From contig OZ024741.1 of the NCBI GenBank assembly GCA_964016885.1, positions 364,684,001 through 364,748,000 of the forward strand: a stretch of DNA of 64,000 nt, written 5' to 3'. Made by a program: the position numbers and the translations under genes. The DNA is from Eledone cirrhosa (Eukaryota). Shown here piece by piece: positions 53,710 through 64,000 of the stretch. Position 1 is the first letter of the stretch. The number at the start of each line of letters is the position of its first letter. Below the pieces are notes generated by a model. That model worked only from the letters and a program-made list of their open reading frames with translations, was not told where the DNA came from and searched no databases.

Positions 53710-53712
<3 letters not shown>
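52805..53712 (-). pseudogene. Penelope-like element reverse transcriptase relic interrupted by a SINE dimer
   Basis: LRPIIAGPTCPTHRLSNFVDIILK|PLCIHIPSFIRD..SFDVVSLYTNI..FFFNGKNYIQIRGTAMGMKFAPVYAN; the coding sequence rejoins when 53237-53456 is removed. Confidence 0.9.
53237..53444 (-). mobile_element. Tandem pair of identically 5'-truncated S1 SINEs, period 110 bp
   Basis: TTTCAAAATAAT at 53225, 53335 and 53445. Confidence 0.92.
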
Positions 53713-53782
<70 letters not shown>

Positions 53783-53785
<3 letters not shown>

Positions 53786-54121
53786 AAAAAAAGATGAAAT
53801 CGAAAATGCAACTGGAGTCTTTTTTTTTTAAATATATTTATTTGGTTTCTTTACCGGTTTCGCAGTTCTTCTGCTTTTCAAAAGTAGAATTGAGATGGAG
53901 GGTTTGTGGTTTTTCTCACAAAAGTAGAATTGAGATGTGAGAAAAACCACAAACCCTCCATCTCAATTCTACTTTTGAAAAGCACAAGAACTGCGAAACG
54001 GTAAAGGAACCAAATAAATATAAAAAAAAAGACTCCAGTTGCATTTTCGATTTCATCTTTTTTCCTTATACTTTCACTCGGACACCTCGGTTTTTTTCCA
54101 TTTTGTTAAAAAAAACCCCAC

Positions 54122-54128
<7 letters not shown>
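53783..54128. mobile_element. Family D fold-back (arms 53783-53920 and 53936-54128) inside (TA)n
   Basis: Near-perfect inverted arms of unequal length; the 15-nt spacer copies 53881-53895. Confidence 0.9.
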
Positions 54129-54219
<91 letters not shown>

Positions 54220-54962
54220 TTCTATCTAAAGTCATGCCATGCACAACAAGAAGTATTTTTGCAATTTATTTAAAGGCTTATATTTTTCTTTAGAAAGCGA
54301 AATTATTTTTCTCTTTATAAATGTATTTCGTATTTGATCGTCTGATCGTAAAACACTATACAAAAGCATGTTGTCTAGTTTTGGATCTTTCGTTCTTTAC
54401 AAATATGTAAACATTGCGATGGCTTTCCTTGTAAGAGAAAGATTAGATTACATTATTCGAGAATTTAAAACCAGACCTAATATTATCTTAGATAAGATTT
54501 AAGATTCGATTCTAATCGTGAGATCAACGTCAGATGAATGCTATTTAATTGCATACACGAATATTTGTTTTTCTATGCAAATGTCAGCATAGACGCCAAC
54601 TGATCGATGAAAAAATACTAAAATAGTAGCTGACACCGTGGAAATACCACTGTTTAATTAGAAACAACCACCAAGTATTAAATATATTTTATTTAGAAGT
54701 TATATAAAATTGTGTCGGGGGGTAACCACAGTTAAAAAAAGTAGAGTAAAGACTTCTTTATTATATATTAGAAAACAGAAAAGAAATTTCTATACACACA
54801 CGCACAAACACACACACACAGACATACACACACACATACACCCCCCACACACATATATTTATATATATATGTATATATACAAAGGTAGTTTGTTTTGAAA
54901 CAGCAGTTTTAACCCCCATCAGGCTAAAATTTCTTTAGTAAAAAATACAGCGAAAGCTACTA

Positions 54963-55015
<53 letters not shown>

Positions 55016-55029
55016 TGTATGTATGTATG

Positions 55030-55590
55030 TATATTGGCAATATACTGTATCTTTAATTAAAAACATTTTGAAGACCATACAATATCTGTTTTAAAGTAGT
55101 GACTATGTCACTTACTTCTTTTCGGCGAAAGAAGAGAGAGAAGCTAACAACCTGTTTCACGCTGTTTGGCGATCATCAGAGCCACACACGAACATTATAG
55201 AACCTGGATTCTTATAGAATTCCAGTAATAATCAGGAGTTGATTATACAGAGCGATTGCCGGTCCAGAAAAAATTAGGTATTAGGATTGGTGCTCTGAAA
55301 ACACACAGGTAGAACAAACAACCAGCGAGTGACAAGTAAATAAATACATAAATAAATAAATAAACACACACACACTCACACACACCCGGTTGTAATGCAA
55401 GCGCAAACTAAGCACACAACGCACAACACACAAAAACAAGATGGTGTAGGATAGAACAAAGGAGGGACACAAAATAAAATCCTAGTCACTGAGGAGGTCA
55501 CAGAATGTGTCATGAAAGAGTTTTCACAATATATAAACAACCATCTGGTTATCGAACCAACCAACCGGAAATTTATAATAAATTGAAGTG
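55030..55590 (-). mobile_element. HHR mini-element family C; hammerhead-like motif at 55143-55182
   Basis: Minus strand GCT-CTGATGA-TCGC..GCGT-GAAACAggtTGTT-AGC; the terminus matches the 21801 fold-back; the distal boundary is approximate. Confidence 0.6.
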
Positions 55591-55646
55591 AAAACCAATA
55601 GGTTCTTGTGTTTTTATTGGCAGCATGACCCTCCCAAAGTATAACA

Positions 55647-55700
<54 letters not shown>

Positions 55701-55774
55701 AAAAAAAGGAAAATAATAACTTCACTTGTAGTTCTAAACAATTTGATTTCATTTTATAATATCATGGTTTGGTA

Positions 55775-55980
55775 TATAACAACAAAGAGGGTGTGGTAAG
55801 ATACCAGGTGGACCATAATGCACCAGAGTACTCAATACTTAGGGTAGTAGTGTGGGTAATAAGAAAAGAGTCAGGACCCCGACGGCTGAGCTCCGACCGT
55901 TTCGACAGCTAAATCCGAACGTTCGAGTCTAGCTGTCGAAACGGCCGGAGCTCAGCCGTCGGGGCCTGACTCTTTTTCTA
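55775..55980. mobile_element. Family P1 palindromic mini-element (inverted relative to 18274)
   Basis: Hairpin at 55862-55978 plus the same tail; TA at both ends. Confidence 0.85.
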
Positions 55981-56005
55981 TATATATGACTAGTCTTAAT
56001 TTGGT

Positions 56006-56058
<53 letters not shown>

Positions 56059-56150
56059 CAGAAGGGATATTCAATTTGTTGGTAATTCAACAAATATAAA
56101 TGTTTATAACTGATTCAGAGCACTCGACAAGTTTTCTGGAGTATAATATT

Positions 56151-56490
56151 CAATGATAAATGGAAACTATATTTATAAAACCATATTTATTTTATTATAT
56201 ATATTTGAAGGGTACCAAAAACTTTGGTACGCTTTCATCAGATAAAATACAAAGTGTGTTTTATAAATTTTGACATAGCCAAGGAACATACCTTAACGGT
56301 TGAAATGATTGAAATTATCCAAGGAAAATTTCAACCATTAAGGTATGTTCCTAGGCTATGTCAAAATTTATAAAACACACTTTGTATTTTATCTGATGAA
56401 AGCGTACCAAAGTTTTTGGTACCTTTGAAATATATATAGTAGAATAAATATGGTTTTATAAATATAGTTTCCATTTATTTAATATCATTG
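56151..56490. mobile_element. Family B fold-back with a hammerhead in each arm (56188-56249 minus, 56385-56446 plus)
   Basis: Arms 56151-56306 and 56328-56490. The plus arm has intact CTGATGA..GAAA; the minus arm has GAAA changed to CAAA. Homologous to 35240-35403. Confidence 0.85.
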
Positions 56491-56524
56491 TATATATATA
56501 AATATATATATATAAAAAAAAAAA

Positions 56525-56937
56525 AAATTGTCCGGGAAAGACTGCCCTAACACCGGCCGGAGTTATCTCCCTTGACCTGCTGCAAAATCAACACAAGCTA
56601 TTTTTGCGAGCAATGAACCTTGATGTGGATTTAACCCCCAAAACTCTTTCCGAGCAATATAAGGAACACTTTTCATTATTTATGCCCTTGAGAAGCCCAA
56701 CTGGGCGAAACGTACGTAGGTGCTGTTTTAAATAAACATGTTTTAACGGTCTATTCTCTGATTTTTTACTTTCCCACGTGCTTACGCTCTGCTAACTCTC
56801 TAGCCCACTAAATATTAACACTTCGAATATATAATACTGCCGGCACTAGTATCGAGCACCTTTGGCATACGCTACTTGGCAAATAACTATATGTATCACC
56901 TATCCTCCCCCTTTTTCTCTTTCTCGATACGTAAATA

Positions 56938-56940
<3 letters not shown>
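56525..56940 (+). mobile_element. (TA)n-flanked unit with a variant hammerhead-like motif at about 56678-56721
   Basis: ATTTATG-CCCTTGAGAA-GCCC aact GGGC-GAAACGTA-CGTAGGT. Confidence 0.45.
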
Positions 56941-57021
<81 letters not shown>

Positions 57022-57033
57022 GTTTTGCAATGG

Positions 57034-57800
57034 GTCACGTTGTGGCTCAATGAAGACATCCGATAACAGGGGATATCCAGAGCTTCGGATTCATCAGGAG
57101 TTAGCTCAAAATTAGACAATTAATTTTCCAAAGTGATCGCGCCAAGGGGTTGCTTTCGGTTATTTGTCGGAGATTTCTTCATAGGAGCTTTCTTCATAGT
57201 CACGTTGTGGCTCAATGAAGAATTAATAAATTAAATAATCAGAGCTATATATCATAAAACATGTCTTTAGAATCACTAGATAAAATATATACCGTTTCCT
57301 CTCCCAATTAGCATAATTAACCATATAAAAAAATCAATTAGACCAAGCTATAAGAATAAAGGCTCCTATGAAGAAATCTCCGACAAATAACCGAAAGCAG
57401 CCCCTTGGCGCGATCACTTTGGAAAATTAATTGTCTAATTTTGAGCTAACTCCTTATGAATCCGAAGCTCTGGATATCCCCTGTTATCGGATGTCTTAAA
57501 ATACGGATGAAACCATGGTAGAGGTAATTAAATATGGACACATTTCTTCTAAGTTTATTTACACCTAATTGTGTTTAGTTGACTGTATATCTGGTAGATT
57601 TATACATGCTGTCGAAATGTTCGATAAATACTCCGTCGTAACCGCCGCGAAGGGACTGCTTTCGGTTATTTGTCAGATATTTCTTCATAGGAGCCTTTAT
57701 TCTTATAGCTTGGTCTAATTGATTTTTTATATGGTTAATTATGCTAATTGGGAGAGGAAATGGTATATATTTTATCTAGTGATTCTAAAGACATGTTTTA

Positions 57801-57805
<5 letters not shown>
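57034..57805. mobile_element. Nested fold-back of HHR family E; hammerhead at 57448-57525 (+)
   Basis: 57053-57188 is inverted relative to 57362-57497, and 57252-57401 relative to 57656-57803. ACTC-CT(T)ATGA-ATCCG..CGGAT-GAAA-CCATGG-TA-GAG; the inverted partial copy keeps CTGATGA. Confidence 0.8.
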
Positions 57806-57842
<37 letters not shown>

Positions 57843-58159
57843 GTATGTATGTATTTGTGTATGTATACGTATGTATATTTAGGCATTCATCTGTGATAAA
57901 CTTTCATTGACGTTATTTTTATATGAATAATTACTTGAATTTTTGTAGTTTGATTGAAGGAATTTATATGTGAGAGTGTATACATATGTATAGTATCGTG
58001 CATATAGGTATGAATGTGTAGGTGTGTGTACAATCTAGCATGTGAAAATTGTTCTCCTTCATGAAAATTCTAATATTTATACGGAATTTATTGTGCAAAA
58101 AAGAAAAATTGCTTATAACTCTTACTATAATATTCGTATGATATATGATTCGTTTAACT

Positions 58160-58503
58160 CAGAGGTTCTCAATTGTTTTGGGCCACCGCCCCCACCCACG
58201 GCCACGTAATACCCTCAGTGCTCCGCACCCTATTTCTAGAGAGACCTACCTTTTCGCAAATGGTAAACAATATATAATATAAAATATCGTTAATTTATGT
58301 ATAAGAAATAAAATAATATATACTACCTATAAATAAATATTATATATTTTTTAATTTAAGTATATTTATATATAATATGTAAAATTTGATATTTAACATA
58401 CTATTATATCATCTCTACTCCACTACAGCTCTTTTAGACCCCAGAACCCCATGGACCTTATCAGGGAGGGGGGGGGGGGTAGCGCCTGCTTTGTGAACTT
58501 CTG
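58160..58503. mobile_element. hAT-type MITE
   Basis: TIRs CAGAGGTTCTCAA and TTGTGAACTTCTG (11/13 match); 8-bp TSD GTTTAACT/GTTTAAAT. Confidence 0.75.
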
Positions 58504-58797
58504 GTTTAAATGCATACGTGAATAATACTGGTCAAAATACTTGTGTCAAGGACTATTTTCTATTATGACGTTACCCTATTTTTAAATTGTAAACAAAATG
58601 TTCCGTTGTGGTATAATTTTATACAGAATGCTTTTGTTGAGGTAAAATGTTATTTATGTTTAATTAATTCTGAAGATTTCAATTATTGGATTATATAATT
58701 ATTTAATCAATAATTAAGTATATATACTCAATAAGAAGTATGAAACATATGTTAATTAAAACATGATATAATTAGCAGTGTTTGGTATTATTTTCAA

Positions 58798-58979
<182 letters not shown>

Positions 58980-59195
58980 ACAAAGGAGTAGTGGTAAGGA
59001 ACCAGAAATAGCCACCGAAACGGCTTGAGCTCTGCCGTGGGGGTCATACTTTTTCATATATATATATATATGCGACAAGTGATTTGAGAAAATAACACCA
59101 AACTTCAGCACAGAGCATATAAAAAAAAACGAAATAACAGATGTAAACTTTATTCCATCGTTATGTTTTTCTGTTTTTTTTCTGTTCATATTCTA

Positions 59196-59255
59196 GCTGT
59201 CTGATGAGGTTATAGCTGTTGCATAATGGTTACCATCGAAATATATTTAACACCA
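59196..59255 (+). ncRNA. Decayed hammerhead-like motif in a (TA)n-flanked unit
   Basis: GCTGT-CTGATGA-G...C-GAAA-TATATT-TA-ACACC; stem II is imperfect. Confidence 0.4.
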
Positions 59256-59270
59256 AATATGGATAAACGA

Positions 59271-59309
<39 letters not shown>

Positions 59310-59434
59310 TTAGAAGGAATAAGGGGTTGTGGGCTTACTTGATAAAGTGTATTTAGAAATAAAAGTAAAGCAGAAACAAGGGACAGGTCCCCTCTTCAGT
59401 TGTCTGTTGGAGCTCTCGGGCATTTCAATGATAT

Positions 59435-59504
<70 letters not shown>

Positions 59505-60319
59505 CACACACTTACAATCCTCTTTCCAGCGTGACTGACATTTTACACGACATTTACAACACCATTAATACAATATAATAGATATTTGTATTTACGCCGG
59601 CTGCTTTAGTCCATATAAAAACTCAGTAAAAATCGCATTAGCTCGATGGATATAGACTGTTTATGCATAGATTTATTTCCCTATACCAAATATTTAACTT
59701 ATGGACCGAATTTCTATTAAATGTCTTCTAAAAGAATCAATGTTTTCAATTATATTTCTTTCGGTTACGAAGTTTGTTCTTTCTCTACTCTCCACATCAA
59801 ACGTTTTTTTCTTTTTGATCAAAAGCATTATAATTTGTTTACTAAGTTCTATCTCTCAAACTTATTGAAGTTATTCTCTTAACTGTCTTTTACTTCAACT
59901 AATTTTCTCTTAAACGAAGTGATAAGATATTTTCACAGTTTCTCAGTTCATATTCGAGATAAAATGATTTCTTTCTGTCCAAATAGTTACATTAACTTTA
60001 CTGCTCTTTCATGTCCAGTGACGAATATCCTTCGTCATGGCATAATTAATCTGAATCATCCTGGCTATCACAGTCTTCGATAAGGAAACAGCAAAATAAG
60101 TTACGTGAAATCTGTATTATGCAGACAATAGATACGACAAAAATCTGTTTTATCGATGATGTGTATGGTCCCATGTGTAGGGGCGCTGTATTGACATACG
60201 GTGTTTCATGGGCATTTTAAGCCTGGCGGAGCCCATCCCTCACCAGGCCTGAGTACAGCAGATTTCTTCCAGAGAAAGATAGAAAGTGAGAGAGAGGAAA
60301 TGAGAATGAGATATAGAGG

Positions 60320-60455
60320 AAGAATCGACATCAGTACTTGACTGGTACTCTTTTTATCGGCCTCGAAAGGATGAAAGGCAAAGTTGACCTCGGCGGGATT
60401 TGAACTCAGAGAGCCGGAACTTACCTTCTAGCGACTTTGCCAATACGCCGCCTTT
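60320..60455 (-). mobile_element. Degenerate S1-related SINE; an older copy lies at about 60640-60725 (+)
   Basis: GGATGAAAGGCAAAGTTGACCTCGGCGGGATTTGAACTCAG. Confidence 0.75.
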
Positions 60456-61155
60456 TGTCGAAGCTAAACTTTATATTTCAACCACTCTATTACTACTGTT
60501 TATGTATCACAGAAATAATAAAAATGAGAGGGCAGCCATATTGTTCATATGAAAGTCTAATTTGATCGCTTAAAAGCACTGGAATTAGTTATGGTTGTGA
60601 AATATTCTCACTTTTAATTAGAGATTATAAACATAGCATATCTGAATTCAAATCCCACCGAGGTCAACTGAGCCCTGAATCTTTTCGAAGTCGATAAATG
60701 AAGCACCAATCTAATACCGGGGTTGAGGTTTTCCCCATCTCTCTTTCTTTAGATGAAATCGGACGTGCTTCGACCATGAGAGAGATGGACTCATCCAGGT
60801 TTAAAATATCTAAAACTCACTGCGTCAGGACGGCGCCACTACAACACCACTTTATTTTTTAAAATCTTATACGTTGAAATTATAATAACATAGTAGCATA
60901 GTTTATATGAAGCAGGATTGTAAAGTATGTGGTTAGGATTGTTTTAGAAAGCTAATACAATACCAGTTAGAAATACAGGAATGAAGACTAGAGTCGCGTA
61001 AGACAAATAAAGCAAGAAACATGTAGCCTTTTACATTATATTTCATGATATTTCTAGCTTAGCACCCCTTCAAGAAGTATGACATGAAAGTGAAACTGCT
61101 GTTCTGTTTGTCTTACGTTACTCTAGTTTTCATTCCATTATTTATAACTTGCATT

Positions 61156-61338
61156 TAGGCGGTGAATTGGCAGTATCGGTAGAGGGTTGGACGCTATGCT
61201 TTCTAGCATAGTTACGTCCCTTTACGGTCTGAGTTCAAATCTCGTCGAGGTTAACTTTGCCTTTCATCCTTACGGGGTCGATAAAATAAAGTACCAGTAA
61301 TGTACTGGGTTATTGCTGGCCTTGTGCCAAAAGTAGAA
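61156..61338 (+). mobile_element. Full-length SINE S1 with a 19-bp TSD
   Basis: ATTATTTATAACTTGCATT at 61137-61155 and 61339-61357. Confidence 0.95.
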
Positions 61339-61408
61339 ATTATTTATAACTTGCATTGTACTTGTTTTCTCAAAACCTATGTAATTACATTATATCTTCC
61401 TTTATATA

Positions 61409-61543
61409 GAGTTACGGCCCTTGCGATTCTGAGTTCAAATCCCGTCGAGGTTAACTTTGCTTTTCATCCTAATGGGGGTTGATAAAATAAAGTACCAGTA
61501 ATACACTGGAATAATTGATGGCCTTGTGCCTATTGTAGAAACA
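61409..61543 (+). mobile_element. 5'-truncated SINE S1 with a 20-bp TSD
   Basis: ATTATATCTTCCTTTATATA at 61389-61408 and 61544-61563. Confidence 0.93.
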
Positions 61544-61629
61544 ATTATATCTTCCTTTATATAAGGAACTTGTATAGGCATAAACGTTTTATACCATAAC
61601 CTATGCGAGCGCGCGCGTGTGCGTGCGTG

Positions 61630-61900
61630 CATGTATTGGACCGCTCGCTCGTGAAGTTTACGTGCAAGTAGCCAAGCATTCTACAGACACGTGCACTCTT
61701 AACGTAGTTTTCAAGGATCTTCAGCGTGACAAAGTGTGTGACAATGTTGGCACTTTGAATTGCATATACAGCTCATTTTTGTCAACCGAAATGACTAAGA
61801 TAACATGAAATAAAGTATCTTACAACCTGCTGCCCGGAATTGAATTCATGATCTTACAATTAGGAGGTAAACAGCCTAACCATTAAGCCACGCTTCTTCA
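61630..61900 (-). mobile_element. SINE S2, degenerate
   Basis: CCTAACCATTAAGCCACGC is the reverse complement of the S2 head; the tail motifs are shared. Confidence 0.7.
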
Positions 61901-62104
61901 CGTAATCACCTACGCTTTAAATGCAACAATCGGTAATGTTCTGTTAAGATTCTTTCCTGTGGTTTCTCAACAGGGATCTGACAAATCAGTGTATAGATAA
62001 CAAATAAAGGCAGTACACATAGATACACAGACACACGCTCACCCCCCCCCCCCACACGCACATTTGTATTTTTATATCTATATCTATATATATATATATG
62101 TGTG

Positions 62105-62145
<41 letters not shown>

Positions 62146-62174
62146 TTATATATATATGTATATATGTATATGTG

Positions 62175-62251
<77 letters not shown>

Positions 62252-62261
62252 CTCTCTCTCT

Positions 62262-62393
<132 letters not shown>

Positions 62394-64000
62394 AAAAGAA
62401 AATTTATATATATGTTTATATACCCATGTTTAATACATGCCATTCATATTAAAACTTATCTTCCAGAGACCACACTCACCAAAACTTTAGAATTCAGATG
62501 AAATACCACAAATCGAAGAAAAGAACTCTATTCAAAATGCATAAAACCATTTTCGTTATTTGCTATGAAACACCCGTTGAGATACCTTTTAATACAAGAA
62601 GCATGCCATTCTTCTGACCTTGCTATATACAATGTAGATTCAGAGGAGAAATATGTTTGAGTTTCATTTAAACAATGTTTAGCGGAATATAATATAGAAT
62701 CGATAGGAAGATTCCCTTCCAATGCTACATTGATGGCATTCACTTATTTAGTTTTCTTATTCATATCATCATTCCTCTTCGTAGGGTTATAATCATTAGC
62801 TACAAAAGTCACATACGTTTAATCATTATCTTGTCGAAAATTAACAGAACAATGCAAAAAGAGTTTTAATTGAGAGCAAAATTTTCTAAAAAGGTTTTGA
62901 AACAATGTTTCGATGTACTGGGAAAACAAAGTTGAACTGGGCCACATGCTGTTAATTTACAAAAGATGTGCTTGAGATGCTATGAAGTTCATGTTTCTTC
63001 TTATGGGTTTTATTAAAGTAAGTGTATGTTAATATGATACTATTGAAGAATTCAAATTAAGATGTATACGTAGTTAACACGATCGATGATTAATCGATAA
63101 TTTCAAAATGTATTTTACTAATTAGAAATTCGGGTGGGCATTTCTGGTTTGTATAAAGCTCTACAGGTATCTAGGCATATTTGAAATGCAATAGAAAAGA
63201 GAAAACTTTCAAATGCTATATGGTCACCATGCTCCTGCTTTTTATCTTTTGAATGCTTCGAGACTAGGTGTATTGAAGTCTTTCATTTACAAGAATGACC
63301 AAGAAAAATTTCTTTGACATTTCTGATATTGAAAGATTCTTCTAAGGAAAGTATATATTTATTAGAAAACAGAAGTATAGAATAATAAAAGTATATGAAA
63401 ACCATTAAAATGGTAAAGAGGAAGAGAGAAAAGTGGTAAAAAGGTGGGCCATGTATGTAAAATTAAACAGCGAAAAAAGGAGACAAACTTTACACTATTG
63501 GCTGGATGGTATATCGAAGCTATGCCCCGTGGTCAACATGAAGAAAGTATTGCCGCGGAGAAGACTCAGTGGCACCCGCTGCATCAGCCATTTCACTTCA
63601 CATGGCCCTTTCTTCAGTGTTCAGTGTGTCTGTGGGAAGGGTGCTGCATTCCTCCTGATCTTACAAAGGAAATTGTTAGTTATGGGACCGAGAACACTTA
63701 AGATATCGGTTGCAACCGGCACAAAAAAGGACGCGGTCAGTCAAATCTCGACATTTGCATTTTCCTGCTCCTTGTGTCTGAATTATGTTTAACCAAAAGA
63801 CTCATGAAATATTCCTTGAATCAAAATGTGGAGGTAAAATACGCAATATACTCTTGGATATCTTTCATGGAGTCCTGGTGAGGATGGATATGATGTGAAT
63901 GACTGATTTGGTGGTTTGATGTTGCAGGCTTGGTGGTTGAAAGTGAAGCAAGATATTTTACCTGGAAAAGAGGATGGCTGGAGTTTTACGATGGAAGCTT

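Noticed and set aside
60962-61151. Imperfect inverted repeat next to the SINE
   Set aside because: Probably an old MITE, but I could not define its termini or TSD.
61156-61250. tRNA genes at S1/S2 heads
   Set aside because: They have A/B-box-like motifs but no cloverleaf, and they continue into SINE bodies with TSDs.

Overview
AT-rich, microsatellite-dense eukaryotic (animal) DNA. The SINE set looks cephalopod/octopus-like, which is my inference. I found no confident host gene, and nearly all short ORFs in the track are repeat artefacts. Positions 1-9000 are a 16-bp satellite (AGATATGACACTGTGT) with higher-order duplications. The rest is decayed mobile DNA that appears to be sorted by microsatellite type. 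(i) A full-length Tx1/L1-clade LINE and two truncated siblings are stacked in (AAT)n tracts at 22.1-29.3 kb, head-to-head with an R4/Dong-type RLE LINE in the same tract. (ii) Four separately truncated copies of a sister Tx1 lineage are stacked in (CTAT)n tracts at 39.9-47.4 kb. (iii) An abundant tRNA-type SINE has a 3' end (CCTTGTG-N8-AGAAA-ATTATT) matching the Tx1 3' end and 12-20-bp TSDs that begin at ATTAT. (iv) About 13 hammerhead-ribozyme-like motifs lie in small Penelope-type/retrozyme-like units joined to (TA)n or (CA)n, often as fold-back pairs or slightly longer-than-unit copies. Also present: Penelope RT and GIY-YIG-region relics, a canonical non-autonomous Helitron, a Tc1/mariner relic, RTE fragments and hAT-type MITEs. 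All calls are by eye; no alignment, folding or database search was run.
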